64,000 nucleotides of DNA from an uncultured Chloroflexia bacterium (GCA_963727915.1 CAVSID010000001.1:124954-188953); one strand, 5' to 3'; positions 19,618 through 30,119 are shown, numbered from the stretch's first letter. Notes: a model not told the origin generated them from the letters alone. A program made the numbers and translations.

Positions 19618-20104
19618 TCAAAGAAGGCTGTCGAGCTTCCTAGTATCCCCCCTTTCTTCCAACAGTCGCCAGAGCTGGTCCCGATCGGCGGAGGGAGGGA
19701 CGGTCAGGTCCGCCAAAGTCTTTGCCAGCAAAAGACGCTTGCCTGTGGTGAACAGAAACGTGAAGCGCTTCCATCCTCCGCTCAGGATCGGGACTCGGCA
19801 ACCTCTCTAACTCACCAATCTGAATTCGGTAGTAGGGTTCGTCCGCCCGTGGGTGGTCGGGCTCATCTCGCAAGAGATCCGACCGGGTGGTTAGCTCGAA
19901 GCCGCGCACAGGGGCCACATAGCGCACGCTCCAGCGTTCATCTCCGAATGCTCCTGTCTGGTAGAACGCCAGCCAGTCCACGCGCACCGTCTTGGGCGCC
20001 GACTGGAGCGGGATCCTGTACCAGCCAAGCATGCGGGCGATTTCGAGGTCCCTGCGGGCTTTGACGATCGCCACCAGCACCAGATCATCTGGATCCATGG
20101 CCAT
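19618..20104 (-). CDS. Conserved-looking hypothetical protein (~160 aa), frame break near 19791
   Basis: MAMDPDDLVLVAIVKARRDLEIARMLGWYRIP...VDWLAFYQT...DEPDHPRADEPYYRIQIGELERLPS, then the next frame reads PILSGGWKRFTFLFTTGKRLLLAKTLADL...LDSLL. The break coincides with a GGG run at 19790-19792. Confidence 0.55.
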
Positions 20105-20274
20105 TGATCTCCCCCTGGGCCCTGCACAGTGCTCCGTTCTGCCAGCAACCATAGCACAATCCGCCAGCCGACAGAGCCTGGATCCGGACGGCAGCCCGAC
20201 CCGATAAATGGACCTGGCCCCAGGCAGCGCCAGGTCCAAGGCCCTGCGCTAGGGATCAAATCGGTGGGTGAGGT

Positions 20275-21735
20275 TCAGGCGGCCTCGACATCCGCATTGA
20301 AGGCGTCGATAAGCTCATCAATCGCCTCAACTTGTCCCTGGAACCTTGTCCAATAATCCGGCGCGTACCACTGGTCGGTGATCTCGTCGAAAGTCCGACC
20401 CTGCTGTTCGACCCATGTGTAGTACTTGAGGTTGTGCACCCTCCGCCGATCCGTGTAGCGGAGTTCTTCCATGTGGTCGGTGGTGATCCCGGCCAGATAT
20501 TGTCCATGGGCGGCGGCCGCTTCCCGCTCGCCGAACTCACCGCTCTCGGCATGCATTTCTTTCAAACGACTCTGGTACAGGTCCATCGAGTCGGTCAGGA
20601 CGGTCAGGACGACGTCGTCCGGTCCCAGCTCGTAGTATTTGGCGAACTTGATGGCCATGGTCATATTTGCGATACCCGAGAAACCGAGAAGACCCAATTG
20701 GGACACGACACTCTCTGGGACGCCGGTTTCCGCAAGGTAGGCTCGGCCTGCGCTTTCGTTGAACAGGCGCGCCAGGTTGACCACGGTGGTGTCATCGATA
20801 TCCACCACCAGATCGGTGTTCTTGACATTGTGAATCCAAGGCACATGCTTGTCGCCAATTCCTTCGATGCGATGCGCCCCAAAGCCATTCTCGAGCAGCG
20901 TTGGGCACTGCCATGCTTCCCCGGCGGCGACCTTGCTGGTGGGGAACACTTGCTTCAGGTAGTCGGCACAGGCAATCGTGCCTGCGGAGCCGGTCGTGAG
21001 GACCACGCCTCGATACGTCCCGCTGTCCCCCAGTTCTCGTTCGAGCACCTCTTGCATAGCGTGGCCGGTGATCTCGTAGTGCCAGAGATAATTGCCGAAT
21101 TCCTCGAACTGGTTGAAGATCATCAGATTCTGGCCCGAGGCGCGCAGTTCCTTGCACTTGTCGAAGATTTCCTTGACGTTGGACTCGCTTCCCGGCGTCT
21201 TGATGGTCTCCCCGGCAATGTTGGCCAACCAGTCGAACCTTTCCTTGCTCATCCCTTCAGGCAGGATGGCAATCGACTCGGTGGCCAGCAGCGCCAAGTC
21301 ATATGCCCCGCCGCGGCAGTAGTTGCCGGTCGAAGGCCAGACCGCCTTCTGCTCGGTGGGATCGAACTGCCCGGTCACCAATCTCGGCACCAGGCAGCCG
21401 AAAGCGGCTCCGACCTTGTGCGCGCCCGTTGGGAACCACTTGCCTACCAGGGCAATCACCCTCGCTTCAACGCCGGTGAGGCTGGACGGCAGTTCGAGGT
21501 AGTTGACCCCCCCGAAGCCGCCGCCGGATTCCACCGGCTCGTTCTTCCAGGTGATTCGGAACAAGTTGCGGGGATCGACGTCCCATAGGCCAACTTTGGC
21601 CAGCTGCGCCCTGATCTCGTCCGGAACAAGGGCGGGGTTCTTCATTTGGGCAAAGGTGGGGATGCGAATACCGCGCTCTTTGGCGCGCTGGATGGCATGC
21701 TTGCGACGAGCGTTGTCGATGGTGAGGTCGATCAT
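20275..21735 (-). CDS. Fold-type-II (Trp-synthase-beta/cysteine-synthase-like) PLP-dependent enzyme of the long 'lyase/thiolase' type. Substrate unknown.
   Basis: Intact ORF. I chose the ATG at 21735 (AGGAG lies 10 nt upstream, just after the GT2 stop). WFPTGAHKVGAAFG contains the likely PLP lysine, and VVLTTGSAGT is a glycine-rich phosphate loop. Confidence 0.75.
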   Translation of the reverse strand: MIDLTIDNARRKHAIQRAKERGIRIPTFAQMKNPALVPDEIRAQLAKVGLWDVDPRNLFRITWKNEPVESGGGFGGVNYLELPSSLTGVEARVIALVGKWFPTGAHKVGAAFGCLVPRLVTGQFDPTEQKAVWPSTGNYCRGGAYDLALLATESIAILPEGMSKERFDWLANIAGETIKTPGSESNVKEIFDKCKELRASGQNLMIFNQFEEFGNYLWHYEITGHAMQEVLERELGDSGTYRGVVLTTGSAGTIACADYLKQVFPTSKVAAGEAWQCPTLLENGFGAHRIEGIGDKHVPWIHNVKNTDLVVDIDDTTVVNLARLFNESAGRAYLAETGVPESVVSQLGLLGFSGIANMTMAIKFAKYYELGPDDVVLTVLTDSMDLYQSRLKEMHAESGEFGEREAAAAHGQYLAGITTDHMEELRYTDRRRVHNLKYYTWVEQQGRTFDEITDQWYAPDYWTRFQGQVEAIDELIDAFNADVEAA

Positions 21736-21742
21736 TCGAGGG

Positions 21743-22711
21743 TTACTCCTGTGAGTTGGTTTGGTCGGGCCCGTCATCGGGTCCATGGCTGACGATGTAA
21801 AGCGGACGCCCTTTTGCCTCGTCGTACAGACGGCCGATGTATTCACCCAGAATGCCGAGAGAAATCAACTGCACGCCACCCAAGAAGAGCACAGCCAGCA
21901 GCGTGGAGGCCTGGCCGAAGAATGCCTGATTTCCCATCAGGCGAAGGATGATTACAACTGGGATGGCGACAGCACTGATTCCGGCACTGACGAACCCGAG
22001 ATAGGTGGCAATCTGCAGGGGGAAATACGAGAAACCGGTGACCGCATTCAGTGCGAAGCGCACCATCTTGCTGAAGGTGTACTTGGTTTCCCCGGCAAAC
22101 CGCGCCTCCCGAGTGTATGGCACGCCAATCTGCCGGAAACCCACCCACGCGGCCATGCCCCTCAGAAAGCGGTGGCGCTCCCGCATCTGCTTGAGCGCCG
22201 CCACAACTTTTCGGTCGATCAGGCGAAAATCACCGGTGTCGAGGGGAATGTCAACATCCGTGATGCGGTAGATGAGACGATAGAAGACAGAAGCCGTCAC
22301 GCGTTTGAACCACGTTTCGCCCTTGCGTTCGGCGCGAACGGCGAACACGACTTCATAGCCCTGGCGCCACTTGTCTACCAGCTGGGGAATGACCTCAGGC
22401 GGGTCCTGCAAGTCAGCATCAATGATCACCACCGCCTGGCCACGGCTGTGGTCGAGCCCGGCTGTTACAGCGATCTGGTGTCCGAAGTTGCGCGAAAAGA
22501 TGATGGGGCGTACGTGAGGGTCTTGCCGGCCAAGATCGAGGATCCGCTGGGTGGACATGTCACGCGAACCATCGTCCACCATGAGCAGCTCCCAAGGCTG
22601 GCCGAGCGCTTCCATGACGGCCCCGATTCTCCGATGAAGCTCTTCAACCGAATCAGCTTCATTGAAGACGGGCACGATGATCGAGAAGGTGACAGCGCTT
22701 GGATCGCTCAT
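21743..22711 (-). CDS. Family-2 glycosyltransferase, polyprenyl-phosphate sugar synthase type (GtrB/ArnC/DPM1-like) with 2 C-terminal TM helices
   Basis: FSIIVPVFNEADSV...LLMVDDGSRD...VIIDADLQDPPE gives the DXD-type GT2 core, and the C-terminus is hydrophobic. Confidence 0.85.
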   Translation of the reverse strand: MSDPSAVTFSIIVPVFNEADSVEELHRRIGAVMEALGQPWELLMVDDGSRDMSTQRILDLGRQDPHVRPIIFSRNFGHQIAVTAGLDHSRGQAVVIIDADLQDPPEVIPQLVDKWRQGYEVVFAVRAERKGETWFKRVTASVFYRLIYRITDVDIPLDTGDFRLIDRKVVAALKQMRERHRFLRGMAAWVGFRQIGVPYTREARFAGETKYTFSKMVRFALNAVTGFSYFPLQIATYLGFVSAGISAVAIPVVIILRLMGNQAFFGQASTLLAVLFLGGVQLISLGILGEYIGRLYDEAKGRPLYIVSHGPDDGPDQTNSQE

Positions 22712-22727
22712 TCTCTCAAGGACGTCC

Positions 22728-23996
22728 TCATGCGCCTTCCACAACCTCCCGCAAGGCATCCAGACTGGGCTCGATCACCTGCGCTTCGCCGGTGGCTTGC
22801 ATGGCAGCGTCGACGTCTTTCAGCCCACTCCCCGTGACCATCACCACGACGGTCTCGTCTCTTCCCAGCAGCCCAATGTCGACGGCTTTGACCAGCCCGG
22901 CCTGCGCCGTGGCGCCGGCCGGCTCGGCGAACACTGCGGCTTGCTGTCCCAACTGGCGCATGGCGGCCAAAATGTCTTCATCCTCAACATGCACATAGGC
23001 GCCCCCTGTGTCACGGACGGCCTGCAACGCTCGATAGCCATCTCTCGGCAGGTCGACCGAGATGCTGTCAGCCAGCGTGTCGGCCCGGACGGGTTCGATC
23101 GTATCCGACCCGGCCGTGAAGGCATTGTAGATCGCCGAAGAGCCGCTGGCCTGAACCCCGATCAATCTCGGGATCTCTTCAATCCAGCCCAAGGCATGCA
23201 GATCCTGGAAACCCTTGTGGAGGCCGCTGATGATATTGCCGTCACCTACCGACACCAACACAACCTGCGGGGCCGTCCAACTTGCCGGGCCGCCCGGGCT
23301 GGCTGCCACGCCGAGTTGTTCGCAGATCTCAAAAGCAGCCGTTTTCTTCCCCTCGGCTGTAAATGGATTGTATCCGGTGTTGCGACAATACCAGCCGAAG
23401 GCGTCAGAAGCTTTGATGGAGAGATCAAAGGCATCATCGTAGGTGCCGTCCACGAGGATGACACGTGCCCCAAACATCAGAAGCTGTGCCACCTTGGCCC
23501 TGGGCGCCGAGCGCGGCGCGAGGATCACGGTTGGCATGCCGGCTGCCGCCCCCATGCCAGCCAGGGCAGCACCGGCATTGCCGGTGGAAGCCGTCACCAC
23601 CAACGAAGCGTGGATCTCCTCAGCTCGACGGACGACCACGGCGCTGGCCCGATCCTTGAAGGAGGCCGTCGGGTTGCGGCCGTCGTCCTTGACCCACAGG
23701 TGGGGCATTTCCAGGGCGAGCCGCAACCCGGGTGGCCCTAGCAGCGGCGTCATCCCGACCGACCTCAGTGCCGTTCCAAAATGACCCGGATCCGATACCG
23801 GCAGCAAGGGAAGATAGCGCCAAATGGACCTCTCGTTGCTGCCAAGAATCTCACACGATGAACACGACGAACTTATCCGCTTGAAATCAATCTGAACATC
23901 GAGATTGGAACCGTCAGTCGGGCAGGTGTAGAAGATGTCTGCCGGCGGATAGGTCCGGCCACATGCCGGGCAGTGATAGCCCAGGTAGGTGCTCAT
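22728..23996 (-). CDS. Threonine-synthase-like fold-type-II PLP enzyme with N-terminal zinc ribbon
   Basis: YHCPACGRTY...YTCPTDGSNLDV, then NPTASFKDRAS (PLP lysine motif) and TASTGNAGAALA. Intact ORF. Confidence 0.75.
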   Translation of the reverse strand: MSTYLGYHCPACGRTYPPADIFYTCPTDGSNLDVQIDFKRISSSCSSCEILGSNERSIWRYLPLLPVSDPGHFGTALRSVGMTPLLGPPGLRLALEMPHLWVKDDGRNPTASFKDRASAVVVRRAEEIHASLVVTASTGNAGAALAGMGAAAGMPTVILAPRSAPRAKVAQLLMFGARVILVDGTYDDAFDLSIKASDAFGWYCRNTGYNPFTAEGKKTAAFEICEQLGVAASPGGPASWTAPQVVLVSVGDGNIISGLHKGFQDLHALGWIEEIPRLIGVQASGSSAIYNAFTAGSDTIEPVRADTLADSISVDLPRDGYRALQAVRDTGGAYVHVEDEDILAAMRQLGQQAAVFAEPAGATAQAGLVKAVDIGLLGRDETVVVMVTGSGLKDVDAAMQATGEAQVIEPSLDALREVVEGA

Positions 23997-24138
23997 CGCT
24001 CACCTCGGTTGCCGGCATCGGCCTTCGGTTGCCTGAGACGTGTCTGCATAGGAGAACCGACTTCCCTCCGTGGCCCACGTGAAGGGCGAGGCCGGTTACA
24101 TCGATATTCATACGCCAAACAGGACAAGTGGGTCTCCC

Positions 24139-25137
24139 CTATTCTTGCTCGAACGGGATGCCGAGGGACCCCGGAGGGGAGGCGCGGAGCGAACGCAAAA
24201 TGCCCGTGATCAACCGTCGGGTCGAATCGGGAAGCGCCGCCAGCGTTCGCTGGACCCACTCGGTGCTGCCAATGTTGACCAGCAAGAGCGCCAGGATCAT
24301 CAGCGGGAAGGGCGCCACTTGAAGTACCTGAGATGGGACCCCCGGGAGGCTCGGCTGCAATACGATCCCCAGCCACTGCACCAAGGCAAACAGGTACACT
24401 CCAAAGGCCGCACGGATGGGGTCCCACGCCCCAAAGATCGCAATCGCAAGGGCAATCCAGCCAATCCCGTCCAAGCCGGTTTGGGTCCCCATCCAGCCTG
24501 ATTTGATATTCAAAGTGTAGGCCGGGCCCGCCAAACCCACCAATGCCCCGCCAAGAATCGTGTACAGATAGCGCAGCCGGTTGACATTAGCGCCCCGCAC
24601 GAAAGCAGCCGCTGGCCGTTCGCCGATCCCGCGTAGCATTAAGCCTGGACGTGTCCGGTACAGGTACAACCACAGCAGGAAGATGAAGACAATGCTCATA
24701 TAAATCAGGATGTTCTGCCGGAAGAATAGGACGCCAATGACCGGGATATCTTTCAGTAAGGGGATGGGCAGAGCCGGCAGCGAGGGACCTGAGAGGTTCA
24801 TGTACGGCACGCCCAAGAAGTAGGAGAGATCGCGGCCAAGAAGGGTCAGCACGAAACCGACCGCCACCTGAGATAAGTGAAGCTCTATGCTGGTGAAGGC
24901 GACGATGAGGGCCACAAGGCCGCCAATGGCCATCCCTGCCAGAAAACCCAGTACCAGGCTCCCGGTGCTGTAAGCCACAGCAAAACCACCCATGGCCGAA
25001 AGGAGAATCGTGCCGTTCAGCGAAAGGTTGATCACACCTGCCCGCTCGGTGATCGTCTCGCCGAGCACAGCGAACATCATCGGCATGGCGGCAGCAACCA
25101 CGCCCGCTAGGCCGACCAAGATCGAGTTGGTGGTCAT
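24139..25137 (-). CDS. ABC transporter permease (BMP/nucleoside-type uptake system)
   Basis: 332 aa and polytopic. AVLGETITERAGVINLSLNGTILL is typical of BPD_transp_2 permeases that partner BMP lipoproteins. Confidence 0.85.
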   Translation of the reverse strand: MTTNSILVGLAGVVAAAMPMMFAVLGETITERAGVINLSLNGTILLSAMGGFAVAYSTGSLVLGFLAGMAIGGLVALIVAFTSIELHLSQVAVGFVLTLLGRDLSYFLGVPYMNLSGPSLPALPIPLLKDIPVIGVLFFRQNILIYMSIVFIFLLWLYLYRTRPGLMLRGIGERPAAAFVRGANVNRLRYLYTILGGALVGLAGPAYTLNIKSGWMGTQTGLDGIGWIALAIAIFGAWDPIRAAFGVYLFALVQWLGIVLQPSLPGVPSQVLQVAPFPLMILALLLVNIGSTEWVQRTLAALPDSTRRLITGILRSLRASPPGSLGIPFEQE

Positions 25138-25145
25138 TCCGTCTC

Positions 25146-26184
25146 CTAAGGCCGCTTAAGAATCCGCTGGCGGGCACCTTCACCGATCAGCAAGACCAGA
25201 ACAAGTAGGTCCTGCAAAACCCCTGCAAAGGACGCATCGAGCTTGTAAACAATCTGCAGCTGCACACTACCGATATTCATTGCAGCGAACAGAAACGCCA
25301 CCGGCGCGGCCCAGAACGCCTGATAGTTGATCAACATGGCCACAAGCAGACCCAGGAAACCGTAGCCGTTTGAAATGTTGGGCAGGAGGCGGTGGTAGAC
25401 GCTGGTGACCTGTATCGCTCCCGCTAGGCCGACGATGGCTCCACACAGTAGAAAGGCCAACATGCTGTACTGCCAGGTCGGCACGCCCAACAGGAAAGCG
25501 GCGCGTATGTTCTTGCCCACCGCCTTCAGGCGCAGACCGAAGTGCGTGCCGCGCAGCAAGAAAAAGACCATCACCATGACGGCCAAGGAACCACCCAGTG
25601 CCCAAAGGCTGAGTTCGGTGTGGGGCAGTGCTGGCAGCCAAAGGCGTTCGGGGAAAGGCTGGGTTCCCGACATCGACCCAACGCCGGGCCGCTTCCACGG
25701 CCCAAAGACAAGGTAGATGGTCAGCGCCGTGGCGACGAAATCCAGACCCAGGCCACCGAAAATCTCATTGACGCCGCCGAAGACCTTGAGCGCGCCGGCA
25801 AGAGCCGCCCAGAGCGCCCCGCCCACCATCCCAGCCACGATCCCCAGGATGATTATCAAGGCAGGCGACAGGGAGCTATCCTGCAGAAGGCGAAGCACCC
25901 CCGTAGCGAAAATCGAACCCAGAACCATCTGGCCTTCCACACCGATGTTCCACAGCCCAGCCGCAAAGGTGATCAGCACGCCGGCTGTGGTCAACAGCAG
26001 GGGAGACCAGGTGATCAGGATTCCATAGATGTCGCCCATGGAGCCGAAGGCGCCTTGCACAATGCTGAGATATACCTGGAGCGGCGGCGCACCGGCAGCC
26101 AGCAAGATGAGGGTTGTGATCAAGAGCGCCAACAAGAGGGCCCCGAGTTGAAAACCAAGAATTCACCCAGGTGCGATTAGTCAT
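25146..26184 (-). CDS. ABC transporter permease (second subunit). The N-terminus is probably disrupted by a frame break near 26160.
   Basis: The track ORF 25146..26135 is polytopic. The ATG at 26184 overlaps the ATPase stop (caATGActaat) and reads MTNRTWV before slipping into the permease frame (ILGFQLGALLLALLITT). Confidence 0.75.
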
Positions 26185-27689
26185 TGGCCCTTGTCCGATG
26201 TCAGTTCCGACCACCCGCTGCCACCGATCAGCTCGCCGAGCTTGTCGGTGGTCAGTTTCCCCGCATCCAACGGTGGAGTCATATCGCCGCTGAAGAACAC
26301 GAGCACGCGGTCACTGTACTGCAGGATTTCCTCTAGATCCGACGAAACGAAGATGATCGACGTGCCCTGCCGACAGCGCTCTTTGAGCTTGCTCCAAATG
26401 TAGATCGCCAATTCGATATCCAGCCCACGGGTGGGGTGCTCGAGGATCAGAAGGTTCAGCGGATCTCTCAGAAGCGCCAGCAACGCCCGTTGTTGATTTC
26501 CCCCCGAAAGCAACTCGACAGGGCTGGCCGGCGTGCCACGAATATCGTACTCCTTAATTCGTTTCTCCGCGAGCTGCGAGCCCTTGTCCCAATTCACAAA
26601 GAAGCCCTCAGCCTCTTCGGCCAGGATGAAATGCTCCGTCAGGGACAGACCAGGAACCATGCCCTCTTCCAGGCGCGATGCCGGAAGGAAGGCTACGCCC
26701 TGGTCCTTGTAGGCGTGGTAGGAGCGACCGGTCATGTCCACGCCATTGATCAAGATCCGGCCACCAACGGTCCGCGCCAGGCCCGAGATATCACGCAGAA
26801 ACACGCCTTGGCCGCTCCCTGCCATGCCAGCCAAGCCGATGACCTCTCCCCGATGCACATCTAGGGTGATTTCCCGCAGAGCTATATGGTAGTCCTCGGC
26901 GGAAACTCCGCGCAGGGAGAGGGTTACTTCTCCCTCCATGTTCGAGACACGATCTCCGACCGAAATGGTCTTCCCAAACATCATCTCCACGAGCTGCTTG
27001 GTAATGTAGGGGGCCTTGGTCTCGCCCACAAGATGGCCCTGGCGCAGCACGGCCACTCGGTCGCACAATCCTTCAACGTCCTCCAGCTTGTGCGAAACGA
27101 AGAGGATGGTTTTCCCCTGAGATGCCAACAAGCGAAGGGCAGCGAATAGCGCCTCCTTCTGCGCGCCGCTGATGCCGGTGGTCGGCTCGTCGAAGATCAG
27201 CGCTTTGGCCCCCAGCCAGATCAGGCGCAGAATCTCAAGCTGCTGGCGCTCCCCGACCGTGAGCGTATCGACATAGGCTTCCGGATCGAGCGAGAAAGAG
27301 AACTGATCCGCCAGCTTCTTGAGCTCGATGCGCGCCTCGGCCTGGCCGGTGAGAAAGTGCCCCTCCTGTCCGAGGACGAAGTTGTCGATCAGGCGCATCG
27401 GCGGGAAGTCCAACGGATCCTGGTGGAGCATGCCCACCCCATGATGGATGGCATCGGCCGGGGATGCGATGGTCACCGATTGTCCGTCAAGCAGGATCTC
27501 TCCCTGGTCGGCTCGAATGAAGCCGGAGAGAATCTTCATCAAGGTGCTCTTGCCCGCCCCGTTTTCCCCGAGCAAGCCCATTACAGTTCCGGCGGGGATA
27601 GACAAGGTGATGCCCGCATTGGCGTGCACCGCGCCGAAAGACTTGTGTATGTCTCGAAGTTCAACCTTCATGGATGAACTCCCATCCAT
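26181..27689 (-). CDS. ABC transporter ATP-binding protein with duplicated ATPase domains
   Basis: There are two Walker A sites (GENGAGKST and GMAGSGQG), an LSVGERQ-type signature (LTVGERQQ) and LSGGNQQ. An alternative start at 27671 (MKVELRDI) has the better SD. Confidence 0.9.
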   Translation of the reverse strand: MDGSSSMKVELRDIHKSFGAVHANAGITLSIPAGTVMGLLGENGAGKSTLMKILSGFIRADQGEILLDGQSVTIASPADAIHHGVGMLHQDPLDFPPMRLIDNFVLGQEGHFLTGQAEARIELKKLADQFSFSLDPEAYVDTLTVGERQQLEILRLIWLGAKALIFDEPTTGISGAQKEALFAALRLLASQGKTILFVSHKLEDVEGLCDRVAVLRQGHLVGETKAPYITKQLVEMMFGKTISVGDRVSNMEGEVTLSLRGVSAEDYHIALREITLDVHRGEVIGLAGMAGSGQGVFLRDISGLARTVGGRILINGVDMTGRSYHAYKDQGVAFLPASRLEEGMVPGLSLTEHFILAEEAEGFFVNWDKGSQLAEKRIKEYDIRGTPASPVELLSGGNQQRALLALLRDPLNLLILEHPTRGLDIELAIYIWSKLKERCRQGTSIIFVSSDLEEILQYSDRVLVFFSGDMTPPLDAGKLTTDKLGELIGGSGWSELTSDKGQ

Positions 27690-27720
27690 GCGCCTCGAAG
27701 GCTCGCCCTAGAGGCAGGAA

Positions 27721-27749
27721 TCGGGGGGAAGGCCAGGCCTTCCCCCCGA
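27721..27749 (-). other. Perfect GC-rich intercistronic hairpin between the SBP gene and the ATPase gene
   Basis: tcggggggaaggcc-a-ggccttccccccga is a 14+14 nt inverted repeat seen directly in the sequence. Confidence 0.6.
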
Positions 27750-27760
27750 TTGACGGTTGT

Positions 27761-29051
27761 TTACTGAGAAACGCTCTGCCCTTGCATACCCTCGAGCAGC
27801 TGGGGCAGGTACCAGACTTGCTGATCGGTGGCGGCCACACCATCTGTCAGGTAGGGCGTCCCGTCCTGCAGATTGATCGGGCCGGTCCACAGGTCCAAGC
27901 CACCGGCCAGTTCCGAGATGAACCCGTCCAACTGAGTGGAGGCGTCGGCCGACAAGCCGGCGCCCTTGGTGAAGCCCACGCGCGCTGGTGTCCGGGTTGT
28001 TGATGTCGGCCCAATCCGGACCATTCCACTGGAAGCCTTCCTGCCACGTGCCGTCGGCGGCGGATTTGACCGCCGTCAGGAAGGCGGGGCCCCAGTTGAA
28101 GTAAGGCACGCCCAGACAGATGTCAGGCGCCACGTTGCAGTTGTCCTTGTAATCGTAGGCGAGGGCAAACGTGGACTGGCCAGCGTCGTGCATCTTCTTG
28201 GCCTCAACCAAGGCTTCCGTCGTATCGATGCCGGAGATGACCACGTCAAAACCGCTGTTGTAGAAGTCGTCAGCAACCTGAGTTGGGTCGGAGGTGACAC
28301 CGGGGATGTTGAACCAGAAGCCGATCCAGGTAACCTTGAACTGCAGGTTGGCTGCATCCTTGTTAAGGACGTGGGTCCAGCAGTACTTGGCGCCGAGGTA
28401 GGCCGAAGAGGCCAGCCGGCGCGTCTCGTCGTTGATCAGGGGTCCAAGATAGCCGATCTGGCCGGTTTGGGTTGTGAGCGCAGCGGCGCATCCGGCGATC
28501 ATCTTGCCATATTCCATGCGGCCCATGATATCGATCTGGTTCGGCGAGGCCTGGTAGTTCTTGCCATCCTTCCATGTCCAGTCATCTGATACACCGATGA
28601 CATCGATAGTGGGATTGGCCTGGGCGAACTTGAGCGCCTCATCCTTCATATCATCCGAGTTGAAGATGACAAGCTGGGCGCCTTGCTGCACCAGTTGCTG
28701 GGCCAATTGCGAGGCCGTCTGTCCGGGGTAGGAAGGAGAACCGGAATACACGTTCTCAAGGTAGACCATCTTCGAGCCTGGCAGGTTCTGTTCGACATAT
28801 TGCCCGCCCTCAAAGGTCGCCTGGCTCCACCCCTGGTCATTCTTGGCACCGACCAAGAGCATGCCGAATGTGAACGGCTGCTCAGGTGCCATCGTCTCGG
28901 CGGGGGCCGACGTCGCCTCAGACGCCATAGTCGCTTCAGGCGCTGTCGTTGCCGGGGCCTGGGTTGGCGCTGCCGCCGGGCCGCAGGCCGCCGCCAGTAA
29001 GGCGACGATCATCAACCCTCCGAGGACCCGCCATTTCATGGTGCTACTCAT
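27761..29051 (-). CDS. BMP-family ABC substrate-binding lipoprotein (nucleoside/purine-type). Frame break near 27982.
   Basis: AAGGAGGAG lies upstream of the ATG at 29051. The signal sequence is MSSTMKWRVLGGLMIVALLAAACG. The body is FTFGMLLVGAKNDQGWSQA...GIDTTEAL. After ...NNPDTSA the true C-terminus VGFTKGAGLSADAS...LLEGMQGQSVSQ lies in ORF 27761..28024. Confidence 0.9.
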
Positions 29052-29150
29052 CTGTCGCTCCTCCTTGTTGAAGAGATCAAGTTTGCGCATACTCCGTTTG
29101 ATCAGAGATCGATATGCCGTGTGCCTCCTTTCCCTCATCCAAACCACAGA

Positions 29151-30111
29151 CTAGGGGACAATTCGTGTGCCGGTTTCTCCCTGCAAAGCCCGCCGGATGT
29201 TGGGCGGGTCGGTGATCAGAGCTTCCTTGCCCCCGCGTTCGAGGTAGCCGATGACCGCCCGGATCTTGGGCTCCATACTCCCTTTGGCAAAGTGACCCTC
29301 GGCCAGATAACCCTTGGCCTCGGCCAAGCGTCATCCTGTCCAACTTCTTCTCGTCGGGCTTGTTGTAGTTCAAGGCGACTTGCTCGACGGCCGTCGAGAT
29401 CAGAAACAGATCGGCGCCGATACTGGAAGCCATCAATGATGAGGCGAAGTCCTTGTCAATGACCGCCTCCACACCCTTGAGGGCACCCTCTTCGTCGGCG
29501 ACGACAGGGATCCCGCCGCCGCCCACGCTGACCACGATGAAGCCGGCCTTGATCAGCGTCTCGATCGCGTCTCGCTCCACGATTCGCTTGGGGGTCGGCG
29601 ATGGAACCACCCTCCGCCACCCGCGACCGGCGTCCTCGACGACTGCCCAGCCTTCGTCCTCAGCGTGCTGCTTGGCGGTGTTTTCGTCCATGAAGGTGCC
29701 GATCGGCTTGCTCGGATTCTGGAAGGCGGGGTCTTCTTTGTCGACCTCCACCTGGGTAACCACAGTGGCTGCCTGGCGATTCAGACCGCGGGCTTTGAAC
29801 TCGTTGTGCAGCGCCCGCTGGAACATGTAGCCGATGGCGCCTTGCGTGTCGGCCCCGCAGTAATCCAGCGGAACCGGATGAAGCTCACCCATCGACAGCT
29901 CCGACCGCCGGAGGATAAAGCCTACCTGCGGCCCGTTCCCATGCGTGACCACCACATCCCAGCCGGCTTCGATCATATCGGCCAGATGGGACATGGATTC
30001 ACAAGCCGCTGCGTACTGATCGGGGATCGTCTGGTGGGTCTTGTCCTTGATCAGGGAATTCCCCCCGACCGCCACCACGGCCAGCTTTCGATCGTTCTTT
30101 GTTTGATCCAT
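29151..30111 (-). CDS. arcC: Carbamate kinase (frame break near 29325)
   Basis: LAVVAVGGNSL...VVTHGNGPQVG...DYCGADTQGAIGY...GGGGIPV...EAVIDKDFASS. After KKLDRMTL the next frame reads AEAKGYLAEGHFAKGSMEPKIRAVIGYLERGGKEALIT...TRIVP with a stop at 29151. GAGGAG lies upstream of the ATG at 30111. Confidence 0.9.
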
Positions 30112-30119
30112 GGGTCTCC

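Noticed and set aside
23997-24138. Glycine-riboswitch-like fragments (CUCAGGCAA ... CCGAAGG) upstream of the ThrC-like gene
   Set aside because: The order of the conserved blocks is reversed relative to the glycine aptamer as I recall it. I could not draw the required P1/P3 pairings, so this is probably chance similarity.
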